In this document: piece after piece, positions 39,328 to 49,155 of the stretch
How the letters are laid out: the number at the start of each line of letters is the position of its first letter
How positions within the stretch are numbered: the stretch's first letter is position 1
Assembly (NCBI GenBank): GCA_903944345.1
Contig: CAJARJ010000002.1
Coordinates: forward strand, 65,969 to 129,968
DNA from: Candidatus Omnitrophota bacterium
Lineage (GTDB): Bacteria; Omnitrophota; Gorgyraeia; Zapsychrales; Fredricksoniimonadaceae
DNA length: 64,000 bases
Reading direction: 5' to 3'
The notes under the pieces: model-generated
What the model was told of the DNA's origin: nothing
The model's database searches: none
What the model saw: the letters and a program-made list of their open reading frames with translations, nothing else
Position numbers and translations under genes: made by a program

Positions 39328-40404
39328 TCACACGCTAAACCGGAAATACACCACATCGCCCTCCTGCATCTCATAATCCTTGCCCTCGAGGGTGATCTTT
39401 TTGGCTTCCTGGACCGCTTTATAGGATCCCAACTCGACCATATCTTTATAGCGGTAAATCTCGGCCCGAATAAATCCGCGCTCAATATCACTGTGAATTT
39501 TTCCCGCCGCCCTGGATGCCTTGGTGCCCTTGTTGATCAGCCAGGCGCGGGTTTCCTGTTCACCGGCGGTAAAAAAACAGGTCAACCCCAACATTTCCCG
39601 TCCGGCCTGCGCCAGACGCTGCAGGCCCGGAGAACCGATACCGGCGGCATCATAGTATTCCTTGCGCTCTTCCGGCGGCAACTGCACGATCTCGGCCTCA
39701 AACTTGGTGCACAAGGCAATCATGGCCGCACCGTCTTTCTGCGCGCGGGCGCGCAGGACATCCAGAAGTCCCTCGTCGGGAGCGCCTTCTCCGGTATTGG
39801 CCACATACAAGACCGGCTTGGCCGTAATAAACTGGAATTCCGCGGCCACCAGCGGATCCGCCGTCTTGAGCGCCCGCACCGGTACTCCCTGATCAAGGCT
39901 TTTGACCACCAGATCCAAAAACTCGCATTTGGCCTTGGCTTCCTTGTCGCCGCACTTGGCCGGACGCAGCCATTTGTCCAAGGCTTTCTGCGCCTGCTGA
40001 AGATCGGAGAGCATGAGCTCTGTCTCAATAATATCAACCGCCTCGCCGGGATCAAGGTCGTTCATGACATTGACCACATTGTCGTCACGGAAACAGCGCA
40101 CCACATGCGCGATAGCATCCACCGAACGGATATTACCCAAAAACTGATTGCCCAACCCTTCACCCTGGCTGGCGCCCTTGACCAGTCCGGCAATATCCAC
40201 AAAACGGATACCCGCCGGAGTGATTTTAGCCGAATTCCATTCTTCCGCCAAACGAACAAGCCTTTCGTCAGGAATCGGCACCACACCGACATTCGGTTCA
40301 ATGGTGGTAAAAGGAAAATTCGAAGCCGCCGCGGCCGCGCCGGTCAAGGCATTAAAAAGAGTGGACTTGCCCACATTGGGCAGCCCGACAATACCGATTT
40401 CCAT
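39328..40404 (-). CDS. ychF: ribosome-binding ATPase YchF (Obg family)
   Basis: MEIGIVGLPNVGKSTLFNALT start and a TGS-like C-terminus; 358 aa. Confidence 0.92.
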   Translation of the reverse strand: MEIGIVGLPNVGKSTLFNALTGAAAAASNFPFTTIEPNVGVVPIPDERLVRLAEEWNSAKITPAGIRFVDIAGLVKGASQGEGLGNQFLGNIRSVDAIAHVVRCFRDDNVVNVMNDLDPGEAVDIIETELMLSDLQQAQKALDKWLRPAKCGDKEAKAKCEFLDLVVKSLDQGVPVRALKTADPLVAAEFQFITAKPVLYVANTGEGAPDEGLLDVLRARAQKDGAAMIALCTKFEAEIVQLPPEERKEYYDAAGIGSPGLQRLAQAGREMLGLTCFFTAGEQETRAWLINKGTKASRAAGKIHSDIERGFIRAEIYRYKDMVELGSYKAVQEAKKITLEGKDYEMQEGDVVYFRFSV

Positions 40405-40446
40405 AAATTCCTTGCTGCTGAGCGATTAGTGTTATCAAGCGAAAGG

Positions 40447-40785
40447 TTATCTTACCTTCCGGGGGGCATTCTGTCCAAGGAAAATACGGACAAATGCCTC
40501 CTGAAGTTCTCGTTCAAGACGGATCAGTTCTTCCTTGCGGCCGTCCTTCCGGCCAAAATAGGCGCCCACAGAACCGTTCGTGTGAACAACCCGGTGACAG
40601 GGAACAAGAAGAGGATACGGATTGCGACGCAAGGCCTGCCCCACCGCGCGCACGGCTTTGGGTTTCCCGATTTTGGCCGCTACCCACGCATAGGTGCGTG
40701 TTTCACCGAAAGGAATTTCTGTAACAACCCTGAAAACTTCACGCTGGAATGCGGTCAATCGCGGATTCCCTGTGTCCATAAACAA
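40447..40785 (-). CDS. ogt: methylated-DNA-protein-cysteine methyltransferase (DNA-binding domain type)
   Basis: PCHRVV active-site motif in a 112-aa protein. Confidence 0.8.
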   Translation of the reverse strand: MFMDTGNPRLTAFQREVFRVVTEIPFGETRTYAWVAAKIGKPKAVRAVGQALRRNPYPLLVPCHRVVHTNGSVGAYFGRKDGRKEELIRLERELQEAFVRIFLGQNAPRKVR

Positions 40786-40792
40786 ATGCCTT

Positions 40793-43700
40793 TTAAAGAA
40801 GCTTCAATAACTGCCGGAGGTCCTCAACATAAGTCACACCGGAAATCTCCGGATAAAAACCGCGAAACCCCTGCCCAAGACCTCCCCGCGGGATAGCAAT
40901 ATCCGCAAATTCTGTCGACGAGCCTTCTTGCGGATCCAAAGAAATATTCTTGATATCAATTCCGCCATCAATAACCGTCTTTTGCGGATTGACCGGCATG
41001 GCGGCATCGGCCCTGGCCTCTATCACCTGCTGCAGGAATTCAAACGTGGCCTGGGTTTCAAACCCGATAAGGGTCACATTGTCCGGTTTGCCTTTTGAAC
41101 CCTGCGTATTGACCCCCAGGAACCTGACACTGGAAAGCCGCTCATTCTGCGTCAGTTCAAAGTCATTGCCTGCCAGATACTCTCCGCTCTCTGTTACATA
41201 ACGGTACAACTCATCCGCAAAATAAAAAACAAACCCGGGATTCAGCCGGTTGGTATCTATAAAATCCAGCATGGCCAATGCTTTACCCGCATTGGAACTT
41301 GTCATATCGCTGGAACTTGTGCCCGCAGGCCCCATTTTGTAGTAAAGACCGTCCCGGGCTTCTTCTTCACTCATCGGCAGGGCAACAGCCCGCCGAAGCG
41401 CAGGACGCACATCTGTTGAAACACCATCCCGTCTGAACGGCGGCAAAGGGCGCACCGTCACGCTGGCCGCGGCCCCGCTCGTAATCACATTCGCCTCTCC
41501 CCTCATCTCGATCCACGGAGATGCCAAAGCCTCTCCGGCGGACAAGCGCCGGGACACCTCCTCAGGCGTCAGAATTTCTGCCTGCCAGGAATCATCGGTC
41601 AGCCAGGGAAGAACAATATTGGCATTCGTGGATTCCTTGACAATATAAGCCCGCACCGCTTCCAAATAGGCCTGCCCGTCACCCAGCCAGTCTTTCAGGT
41701 TCTGCGGCGACAAGGCCGCGCGCAAAGCCTCCCCGGCAGGCGGCAAGGAAAAAGCATGTGCGATGTTATACGCGTCATCCAGACGAGCCTCTCCTTCCCC
41801 GGAAAAACCTACTTTTGTAGCGCCGCCATCGACGTAAAGGATCAATTTCTGCAAAGCCTGCGGGTGATCCCGCATCTCTTCTCTGATCGCCTGATAAATT
41901 CTTTTTATCTGCTCCTTTCGGGAGTTTCCCGATATAATAGCCACCCGTACGTCCATCCGTAAAAGCAGCATGAACAAATGGGCCAGTTGCCTGTACTCCG
42001 CCAACCCGCCCGAGCCTTTTGGCAAAATCGTCTTGTCGACATCAAACACAAAAGCTCCGGATTCCTTGATCTGAGTCCAGTTGGATACAATATAACGAAT
42101 AATTTTTTCTACCGAGCTCTTCCCATGAAAAAGTCCAAGTTCGCTTTCTTTGCCCCGCACGTCCTCGGAAAAGATCAGTCCGGTTGTTGAAGAAAGGGCA
42201 AAGCCGGCCTGCTGCAGCCCCCGCAGAGTCAAAACCGAATCAATCAGCGCCGTGAACGAGGCCGTTGAACCAAGGCTTGATCCATCGGAAGAACGAACGT
42301 TCAACGCCCGCACACGATGTCCGGCTTGCGCTTCCATCTGTTTGAGTTTCTGAGGAAGCCCCTGAACATCAACATCTTCCTGCACGCCAGCCAGCACATA
42401 ATCCACCAAAGATCCCCGAATTGGCAGCGCTTCGGGTTGCATTTGCGAATACGTAGAAACTTTCTTGAGCGCCTCCGGCAATCGCTCAACCGCTTCCGGA
42501 GAAAGATCCTCTGACACAAGAACCTTGAGGGCCTTCTGGGCTTTGGCTATAGCCTGAGCGCCTCCCGGAACAACCAAAACTCCGCCCACATCGGTTTCAA
42601 TATTACCCGAATAAAACAGAATATCCGCCGAGGAAAGAATATTTTCAACTCTTTCTTCCAGGGGCTTTTTCATGGCTGAGGATGAAAGATACACGGAAAA
42701 ATCATTCAGCCGGTCTGCGGGAAGCCTGCGGGTTGTTTCCTCGATTTCCTGACGAGTGTCCTCGGGAAGAGTTTCTTCCTTGTATTCCATGAGAGCTACA
42801 TCATTAATATTATCTTTCCGAAGCGTTTTGTGCAACAAGGGATCAACCAGCCATAAGCCCAGCATTTCCTCTTTCCTGCTGAAATAATTGAGTGCGGTCT
42901 GGGACGTTAACAGGAGTCCCGTTTTTGTTAACCCCACCATAAACCCTCTGTCCCGAACAGGAAAAACCACTTCGTGCCCTTCCCGCACATCCAGCAAGCC
43001 CGCCAAGGCATCAACCGCGCCCTGCCAGTCATCTTTTTTCCCTTCCAGAACACCTTTTTGTACCATCCCCAATAAAAGAATGGTTCGGATGGGAACATCG
43101 TTCAAAGAAAACTCCCTGTTCCCTCCGGAAGTTCGGGGCAAATCTTTCCAGGTTCTGAGGAAAGCATCAAGATATCCGGCAATCTGCTTTCTCTTGTCAA
43201 GATCCATGGAAAGCGCCAGATTAAAAAGTTTTTTGATATCCGGGTGAAGGTCGCTTCCTTTGCTTGGATCAAACAGACTCTGAACGAGCTTATAAAATTC
43301 ATCCTCGAGAACATTCGGAGACAATGCTTCCGAAAACCGGGCATCGCAAAAGTCGGCCACATAACTGTCCCTGGCCAGATCCACAAGAGCACGCCCCGCC
43401 GCTGTAATCCCCGTGGCGTTAAAAACCCTGGCTCCATAAAACCAGCTGAGCCCGTCTCCGGTCCCACTGGCAATAACTTTAATATTAACATTGGGGCGAG
43501 CCTTGAGTTTTCGCGTCAGCGAACGCTGGCCTCCCTGATGAAAGAAAACGACATTAAGGGGTTTTCCCTCGGAGGCCATCGAATCAATCATGGCCTCCTG
43601 ATCAAAGAAAGAATTGAAAAGCTGTACTGCTTTCTGACTCTCGATCCCGCCCAGCACCGGCTTCTTCGGAGTGCCCTGGCGGACATTCTGTTCGGCATGC

Positions 43701-45073
43701 AGTCGCCACAAAAGAATACGATAAATATCTTCCGCGCGCTTGAGGATCGTCCGGTCCTGGATACTTTGCACCAGCAATGCCGGATGCCCGATGAAAGATC
43801 CGAGATCCTGGCCTTCCACTTTGGCGTGAATACCCAAATTGCTCAATTCATCAACGAGCCGCGCAATGCGTGCATTACGCACGGAAACAAGACGCGCTTC
43901 CTCATCCCTTTCATAAGAAGATGGCTGTGCCGCATCCGCCGGAGGGGCTGTCATTTCCATCCGGACAAGGCTGGCCTGCCCCAAAGACCGCACGGCGGCA
44001 GCGGAATCCGTCTCAACAAGCCGGATATCGCCCAAACGCTCTCCGCCGGAGAAATACCGGCGTGCGACTACGGCGGTGTCAGGCAAAGCGTCCTCCCGGA
44101 TATAATCAAAAACGCCTTGCCGGAAAGCTTCCATATAGCGGGCATAAAGGGCTTCTTTCCATTCCTGCTCGTCGCTCAAAACACCCGACACAAGGCGGCG
44201 ATCCATGTATGTCCCGCCCAGAAACGATCCGCGGATCTGCCCGCGATACCATTTGGCCAGAATAGCGGCATAATAGATCTGGCGCATGGGCGCAAACGCG
44301 GCCCCCTCGTTGATTTCGCGTTCCAGACGAGGAAGGATGACTTTTCGCAGAGCAGACCGGGCGGCCTCACTGCTGCCGGGATTCTGCCCGGACAAAACCT
44401 GATCCTCATCCATCATAACCCGAAGAGTGGCTTGTGTGATATAAACGGCATGTCCTTTGACAAATATCTGCGCTTCCTGCGGCATGATCCAGATCTTGCT
44501 GAAAATATCCACCGGGATATCGGCTCCCGCGGCATTCTCCCTTATCCCGGCATACACCCCGGACCAGAACTCCCGCCCCAAAGCGGTTTCCGGATAGATC
44601 AACGAAGCGGACAGCTGTTTGAGAATATAATCCTGCGCCAGCATGTCGCGGCCAAGAACCGTCCGCCCAAGATCTTCATCAATCATGCGGTCTTTTTCGT
44701 AAGGAGAAAGATTGACCCAAAGCTGATCTTCCGGAACCGTGACCGCGGCCAGAAAATACTGCGCCATGCGTTGTGTTTCGCTGCGGATAAAAGCCTCGTC
44801 CGACTTGTCCTGGCCGGAATCCATAATAAAGTCAAGTGTAAACGGACTCTCGGGGTGGATCACCAGTCCACGGGGAAGAATCGGCGTTCTTGCCCCGGAT
44901 AAATTGATCCGTTCCCCCGGTCGGGGAAGCCCGGAAACAAAAAAGCTTTGAGCGTGTCCCGTTGTTGCGGACACACTCAAAGCCAGAGACAAGGTCACCG
45001 ATAAAATACGACGAACCCGAACGGAGTTAATCAGCGCCGGCATAATCCCTGTCTCCTTGAAAAAACACGGCAA
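40793..45073 (-). CDS. giant (1426 aa) secreted multidomain protein, paralog-family member 2; HAD-like DxDxT module near the C-terminal third
   Basis: Signal peptide ...GHAQS, the conserved N-domain, internal VFDVDKTILP...AIISGNS...YVDGG (HAD-like motifs I/II/IV), and C-terminal GGIDIKNISL...RGFYPEISGVTYVED tail. Confidence 0.85.
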   Translation of the reverse strand: MPCFFKETGIMPALINSVRVRRILSVTLSLALSVSATTGHAQSFFVSGLPRPGERINLSGARTPILPRGLVIHPESPFTLDFIMDSGQDKSDEAFIRSETQRMAQYFLAAVTVPEDQLWVNLSPYEKDRMIDEDLGRTVLGRDMLAQDYILKQLSASLIYPETALGREFWSGVYAGIRENAAGADIPVDIFSKIWIMPQEAQIFVKGHAVYITQATLRVMMDEDQVLSGQNPGSSEAARSALRKVILPRLEREINEGAAFAPMRQIYYAAILAKWYRGQIRGSFLGGTYMDRRLVSGVLSDEQEWKEALYARYMEAFRQGVFDYIREDALPDTAVVARRYFSGGERLGDIRLVETDSAAAVRSLGQASLVRMEMTAPPADAAQPSSYERDEEARLVSVRNARIARLVDELSNLGIHAKVEGQDLGSFIGHPALLVQSIQDRTILKRAEDIYRILLWRLHAEQNVRQGTPKKPVLGGIESQKAVQLFNSFFDQEAMIDSMASEGKPLNVVFFHQGGQRSLTRKLKARPNVNIKVIASGTGDGLSWFYGARVFNATGITAAGRALVDLARDSYVADFCDARFSEALSPNVLEDEFYKLVQSLFDPSKGSDLHPDIKKLFNLALSMDLDKRKQIAGYLDAFLRTWKDLPRTSGGNREFSLNDVPIRTILLLGMVQKGVLEGKKDDWQGAVDALAGLLDVREGHEVVFPVRDRGFMVGLTKTGLLLTSQTALNYFSRKEEMLGLWLVDPLLHKTLRKDNINDVALMEYKEETLPEDTRQEIEETTRRLPADRLNDFSVYLSSSAMKKPLEERVENILSSADILFYSGNIETDVGGVLVVPGGAQAIAKAQKALKVLVSEDLSPEAVERLPEALKKVSTYSQMQPEALPIRGSLVDYVLAGVQEDVDVQGLPQKLKQMEAQAGHRVRALNVRSSDGSSLGSTASFTALIDSVLTLRGLQQAGFALSSTTGLIFSEDVRGKESELGLFHGKSSVEKIIRYIVSNWTQIKESGAFVFDVDKTILPKGSGGLAEYRQLAHLFMLLLRMDVRVAIISGNSRKEQIKRIYQAIREEMRDHPQALQKLILYVDGGATKVGFSGEGEARLDDAYNIAHAFSLPPAGEALRAALSPQNLKDWLGDGQAYLEAVRAYIVKESTNANIVLPWLTDDSWQAEILTPEEVSRRLSAGEALASPWIEMRGEANVITSGAAASVTVRPLPPFRRDGVSTDVRPALRRAVALPMSEEEARDGLYYKMGPAGTSSSDMTSSNAGKALAMLDFIDTNRLNPGFVFYFADELYRYVTESGEYLAGNDFELTQNERLSSVRFLGVNTQGSKGKPDNVTLIGFETQATFEFLQQVIEARADAAMPVNPQKTVIDGGIDIKNISLDPQEGSSTEFADIAIPRGGLGQGFRGFYPEISGVTYVEDLRQLLKLL

Positions 45074-45082
45074 ACTCTTTTT

Positions 45083-48000
45083 TCAGCGTGAAGGAACAAT
45101 CCCCAGCAAGCCGGCCAACCCCGTCATGGGAGTAATCCTGATAATCGTCCCCCTCAATCCGCGAGACTGCTCAACGAGAGTTTCCAACGACTGGCCACCC
45201 AAAACATCCGCGCTCCATTCTCCGCTGCGCTCGACATCCAAAGCGCGGGCATCGATACCACCAGTTCGCTCAACCGCTTGGGAAGCGTCCAGTGCCGCGA
45301 CCAAATCACCCAAAAAAGCTTTCAGGTTTTCACTGCGCTGATAGAGTGTCACAGGAGCTTTCTGCCAGGCCTCAAGCCAGGCATCAAGGGCGCTTCTTGA
45401 CTCGCTGAATTGATCAGCAGGGAAAAAGGCCCTCAAATAATCCGGAAAATACGGCATCATGCCGTCGAGTGAATTAAAACCATGTCTCCTTTGAACATCT
45501 ACAATCGTCTTATAGAAACCTTCCAGCCCGGGCCGGGATTCTTCGGAGAACATAAACCCGTTAAACTGGAAAAGTCCAACGCCATCGGGATTCTCTGTCC
45601 GGACTTTCGTCCGTACCGTCTGGTCAGGCAAGCCCACGGCAATAGCTTGGACGGCCAATATTTTTTCGCGCGCCTCATCTTTCTTCTTTTTCAGGACGTC
45701 CTGGGCCCGGTACAACATCGCCGCCGCTGTAATGGCTCCCGTCTGGGTCTTGTTCAACAACCGGCCCAAAGCCGCCCCGCGAAAAAATCGATCCCGCTCC
45801 AGATCCCAGACGTTCTTCATCTCTCTGAATTTCTGTTCCCAGGAAGACGGATCCTGATAGCTCAACATCAACAGGTTCCCGACCGAATTAGCCTCCCCCG
45901 GGTTCCATGGTTTCATATTATCCGTTGTGCCGCCATCCCGATGATCAAATGCAATCTGGATCGCCATGTTGGGCTGAGGGTTTTCCTCCAGCACTTCATG
46001 CGCCCCCAATGTTCTCTTGTTAAGAATAATATATCCGTTCACCATTCCCAGAAGCGCAATTTTCTGCTCCTCGGTAAAATGCTGTACAAAGAAAAACTGT
46101 CCGGGATAACGGTTTTCGCCTCTGGCCTTGGCCTCTCTGCGTTCACGATTAATCTTGAACTCTATATCCCGGTATTTGCGAGCCAGCTCACGACTGGGAT
46201 CTGTATCCTGAAGATTTCCCTGGATCACAACTGAATACCCCATATCCACCAGCATCGGAATCAGCCAATAGGGGTCGAATGCATTCTTTTCATCCACCAG
46301 CCGGCGGGCGTTCCCCAAAATAGGGTTATCCGTGTTCACATCCACATACAAAGCCGCACGAACCTGATCCGTGGCTGTAAAGCCGGCATTCAGAGTCTCA
46401 TTGGCCCATTTAAGAATGACCGCAAGCTCCATATTGTTGAGTGCTTCAACAGATCTTCCGTACTGCTCTCTGGCCCTGGCCTCAAGCAGTTCTCCGTTAG
46501 CTGTTCTGACCTTCATCTGATTGTAGCCTTGCGCGGTTCTTTTCTTGAGACGCGCAACATCTGTGGGAGACAAATAATCGATATCCGCAGTTGCTGCGAT
46601 CTCTCCTTCCTGTTGAATGCGACTAAACGTCTGTTCAAGAAACGCCGCTATCTGTTTAGGATTGTCTCCATTGGTCGCCGCCGTCAAAGGAAGCCCATAA
46701 AGAGTACTCATGTGCGCAGCATGACTCCGGCTGACACCCAGTCCGGCATCGGCCAGCCTCAGCCCTCCCCAGGTAAGATTCCCAAACAGGCTGGAACCCG
46801 CTGCAGGCCCTCCCTGCTCCGGATCCCACCATCTGTCAATGTAAGCCGCTCCGGAAAACTGCGCCGGAAGGTGCATCAAATTTTCTGCCAGATGTCTGGC
46901 CTGTTCCAAAGGCAGTGTCTGGGCGTTAAGAATGGTATGCGTCGAGTCCAGGATCACCACATTGTCCCGGGACAAGCCCGGCAACTCATGCCCTCTGATG
47001 GCCTGCACAAGAGGTGCCGCCTGTCCATCCTGGGTATGTACTATAATTAAAGGGTAACTTCCGTCAGCCTTCCGGTCCCTGATCTGCTGACGAGACAAAA
47101 ACGCCTCGGAGGCCAACGCAAAAAACGCGACCGACTCTTCCATAGTGACGGGATTATTCGGCGCTTCAGCAGATTTATACATATATAATCTGTTGGAGAA
47201 CTTGTTCCATTCGTCACGGATATAATATCCTGTGACCCCGGCCCGGTTTTCACCTTCCTCAACAATGACCGGAACCCGCTCGGATCCCACTTCAATATCA
47301 AATCTGTCAACTTCATGCAAATTCTTCACTCCGAGATTCCTTCTTCCCGAACCGTCATCATCATAATATAGCGGTTCTCCCCCGGGAACTCCGGTATCAA
47401 ATCGCATGGCGTACTTAAGCTGAATCGACCGAACCCTGGCTCCCAGCCGTGTCAGAAACATGGAATGCGTCTCATTAACAGGGCCCAATCCTCCTTGTTT
47501 ATAATCCATCTCAACTGTAGCGAAATAATACGTTATATCGTTCAGAAGAGGCATGCTTTCTTTGACAAACGCATCTGTATACCGACCCGTCATCAACAGC
47601 ATCATATTCATGAGTCTCGTCCTGTCTTTTGCAGGAACCGACTCGATCGCATCCATCAACCCGTTGAGCTGCTCTTGCGGCAATAGCGCCACAGCCTTGG
47701 TGACAGCCCACATCCCCTGAACAGGATTCCCCCGGATAACCTCAACATCGTACTGAAGAGAATACCGTGTCATCAGTTTTTTGAACTCTTCCTTGAATCT
47801 GCGTACTGAGAGCCTTGCCAAGCCCTGAAACTCGACTAAAATTTTCTCAAACCGTCCGATTGCGTTCCACTGCTCTGTTGTTTCCGGAACAAACTGCGCC
47901 CTGACAGCTTCGTCAATAATCTGGGAACCGTCCACCGCTTCAAGGCTGGCCGCGATCCTTTGTAAAGGACGTTCTGCAAAAGCCTCGACTTCCTGTGCCT

Positions 48001-49078
48001 GGGCCGCGTCCTGGCGAATATCCCCAACCGCAAACCCGCCGGAGAAATACTTCCTCGGGAAATCCTCACCGGTGACAGGATCGGTTTCTTCCTTTATATA
48101 GTTAAAAACACCTGTCCGGTAAGCCGCCATATACTGCTCGTAGATCAGTTCCTTGTTCTTCGGATCACTTAAATCGATCCCGGCAACCTTGCTCTTTCCG
48201 GAATAAACTTTGTTAAGAACGCTATCCTTGAGCGCCTTCTGGTACCACTGCGCCAGAACCAGCGCATAAACAACCTGACGCAGGCGGGCAAAATTGGCCC
48301 CTTCATTCACTTCCTGTTCAATGGCCGGAACGATCAGCTCGCGTAAAATATTCTTGGTCAGTTCTTCTTCGGGAGTACCTGTTGCAACGGCATTCTCCTG
48401 CTGGGCCTGATGGTCCGCATCCAGCATGACCTTCATTTCCGCTCCGGTTATAAAAACAGTATTACCTTTCTCGAACACCCGGGCCCGCTGAGGCACAATC
48501 CAGACTTTATTGAACGCATCAACCGGAAGATCCGTCACACCAAATTTTTCCCAGGCCTGTGCATATATTTTTTGCCAGAAATCATGCCCGAGATTCTCTT
48601 CAGGATAAATCAGAGAAGCCGTCAGCTGTTTCAGAACATAATCCTGTGCCAACAAATCCCGGCCCAACTCTGTCCGAATCAATGCTTCGGGAACAATCCG
48701 GTCTGATTCGACCGGCGAAAGGTTGACCCACAGATCCTGTTGCGGAACAGTAAGCGCAGCAAGAAAGTAGTTAATCATACGCTGGGAGTCATCACGCAAC
48801 TCCGCTTCACTTACAAGCAAAGAACCGGGGTCAACAATAAAATCAAGATCAAGCGGACGGGAGGGATCAATTGTAATTCCGCGCAACAAAACAGGTTCGA
48901 TCGCTGCTGAAAAACGCACCATCTGTCCCGGTGCAGGCAGCACCTCTCCGGTTACCAGAGCCTGGGCGTAACCAAGAGCAGGCTCACAACAAAGAATAAC
49001 CGCTAATAGAAATGCCAGAAAACGCCGCATGAAATGTCCTCCCGGTTTTGGATGGTTACGAAGAACGTGATTAAACAA
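45083..49078 (-). CDS. giant (1331 aa) secreted multidomain protein, paralog-family member 3; possible GT-B glycosyltransferase/glucan-phosphorylase-like module
   Basis: Signal peptide ...GYAQA and the conserved N-domain. Internal DYKQGGLGPVNETHSMFL and GGTTDNMKPWNPGEANSVGNL weakly recall GT-B/GT35 motifs. C-terminal GGIDARALDV...RGLRGTIIRITPMTG tail. Sits 9 nt upstream of member 2. Confidence 0.85.
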   Translation of the reverse strand: MFNHVLRNHPKPGGHFMRRFLAFLLAVILCCEPALGYAQALVTGEVLPAPGQMVRFSAAIEPVLLRGITIDPSRPLDLDFIVDPGSLLVSEAELRDDSQRMINYFLAALTVPQQDLWVNLSPVESDRIVPEALIRTELGRDLLAQDYVLKQLTASLIYPEENLGHDFWQKIYAQAWEKFGVTDLPVDAFNKVWIVPQRARVFEKGNTVFITGAEMKVMLDADHQAQQENAVATGTPEEELTKNILRELIVPAIEQEVNEGANFARLRQVVYALVLAQWYQKALKDSVLNKVYSGKSKVAGIDLSDPKNKELIYEQYMAAYRTGVFNYIKEETDPVTGEDFPRKYFSGGFAVGDIRQDAAQAQEVEAFAERPLQRIAASLEAVDGSQIIDEAVRAQFVPETTEQWNAIGRFEKILVEFQGLARLSVRRFKEEFKKLMTRYSLQYDVEVIRGNPVQGMWAVTKAVALLPQEQLNGLMDAIESVPAKDRTRLMNMMLLMTGRYTDAFVKESMPLLNDITYYFATVEMDYKQGGLGPVNETHSMFLTRLGARVRSIQLKYAMRFDTGVPGGEPLYYDDDGSGRRNLGVKNLHEVDRFDIEVGSERVPVIVEEGENRAGVTGYYIRDEWNKFSNRLYMYKSAEAPNNPVTMEESVAFFALASEAFLSRQQIRDRKADGSYPLIIVHTQDGQAAPLVQAIRGHELPGLSRDNVVILDSTHTILNAQTLPLEQARHLAENLMHLPAQFSGAAYIDRWWDPEQGGPAAGSSLFGNLTWGGLRLADAGLGVSRSHAAHMSTLYGLPLTAATNGDNPKQIAAFLEQTFSRIQQEGEIAATADIDYLSPTDVARLKKRTAQGYNQMKVRTANGELLEARAREQYGRSVEALNNMELAVILKWANETLNAGFTATDQVRAALYVDVNTDNPILGNARRLVDEKNAFDPYWLIPMLVDMGYSVVIQGNLQDTDPSRELARKYRDIEFKINRERREAKARGENRYPGQFFFVQHFTEEQKIALLGMVNGYIILNKRTLGAHEVLEENPQPNMAIQIAFDHRDGGTTDNMKPWNPGEANSVGNLLMLSYQDPSSWEQKFREMKNVWDLERDRFFRGAALGRLLNKTQTGAITAAAMLYRAQDVLKKKKDEAREKILAVQAIAVGLPDQTVRTKVRTENPDGVGLFQFNGFMFSEESRPGLEGFYKTIVDVQRRHGFNSLDGMMPYFPDYLRAFFPADQFSESRSALDAWLEAWQKAPVTLYQRSENLKAFLGDLVAALDASQAVERTGGIDARALDVERSGEWSADVLGGQSLETLVEQSRGLRGTIIRITPMTGLAGLLGIVPSR

Positions 49079-49155
49079 TACTATAAGTCATAGAATGTTA
49101 GAAATATATCATTGGCAGCATTAACTGTCAATCAGCTAACTACAAAATTAGACAT

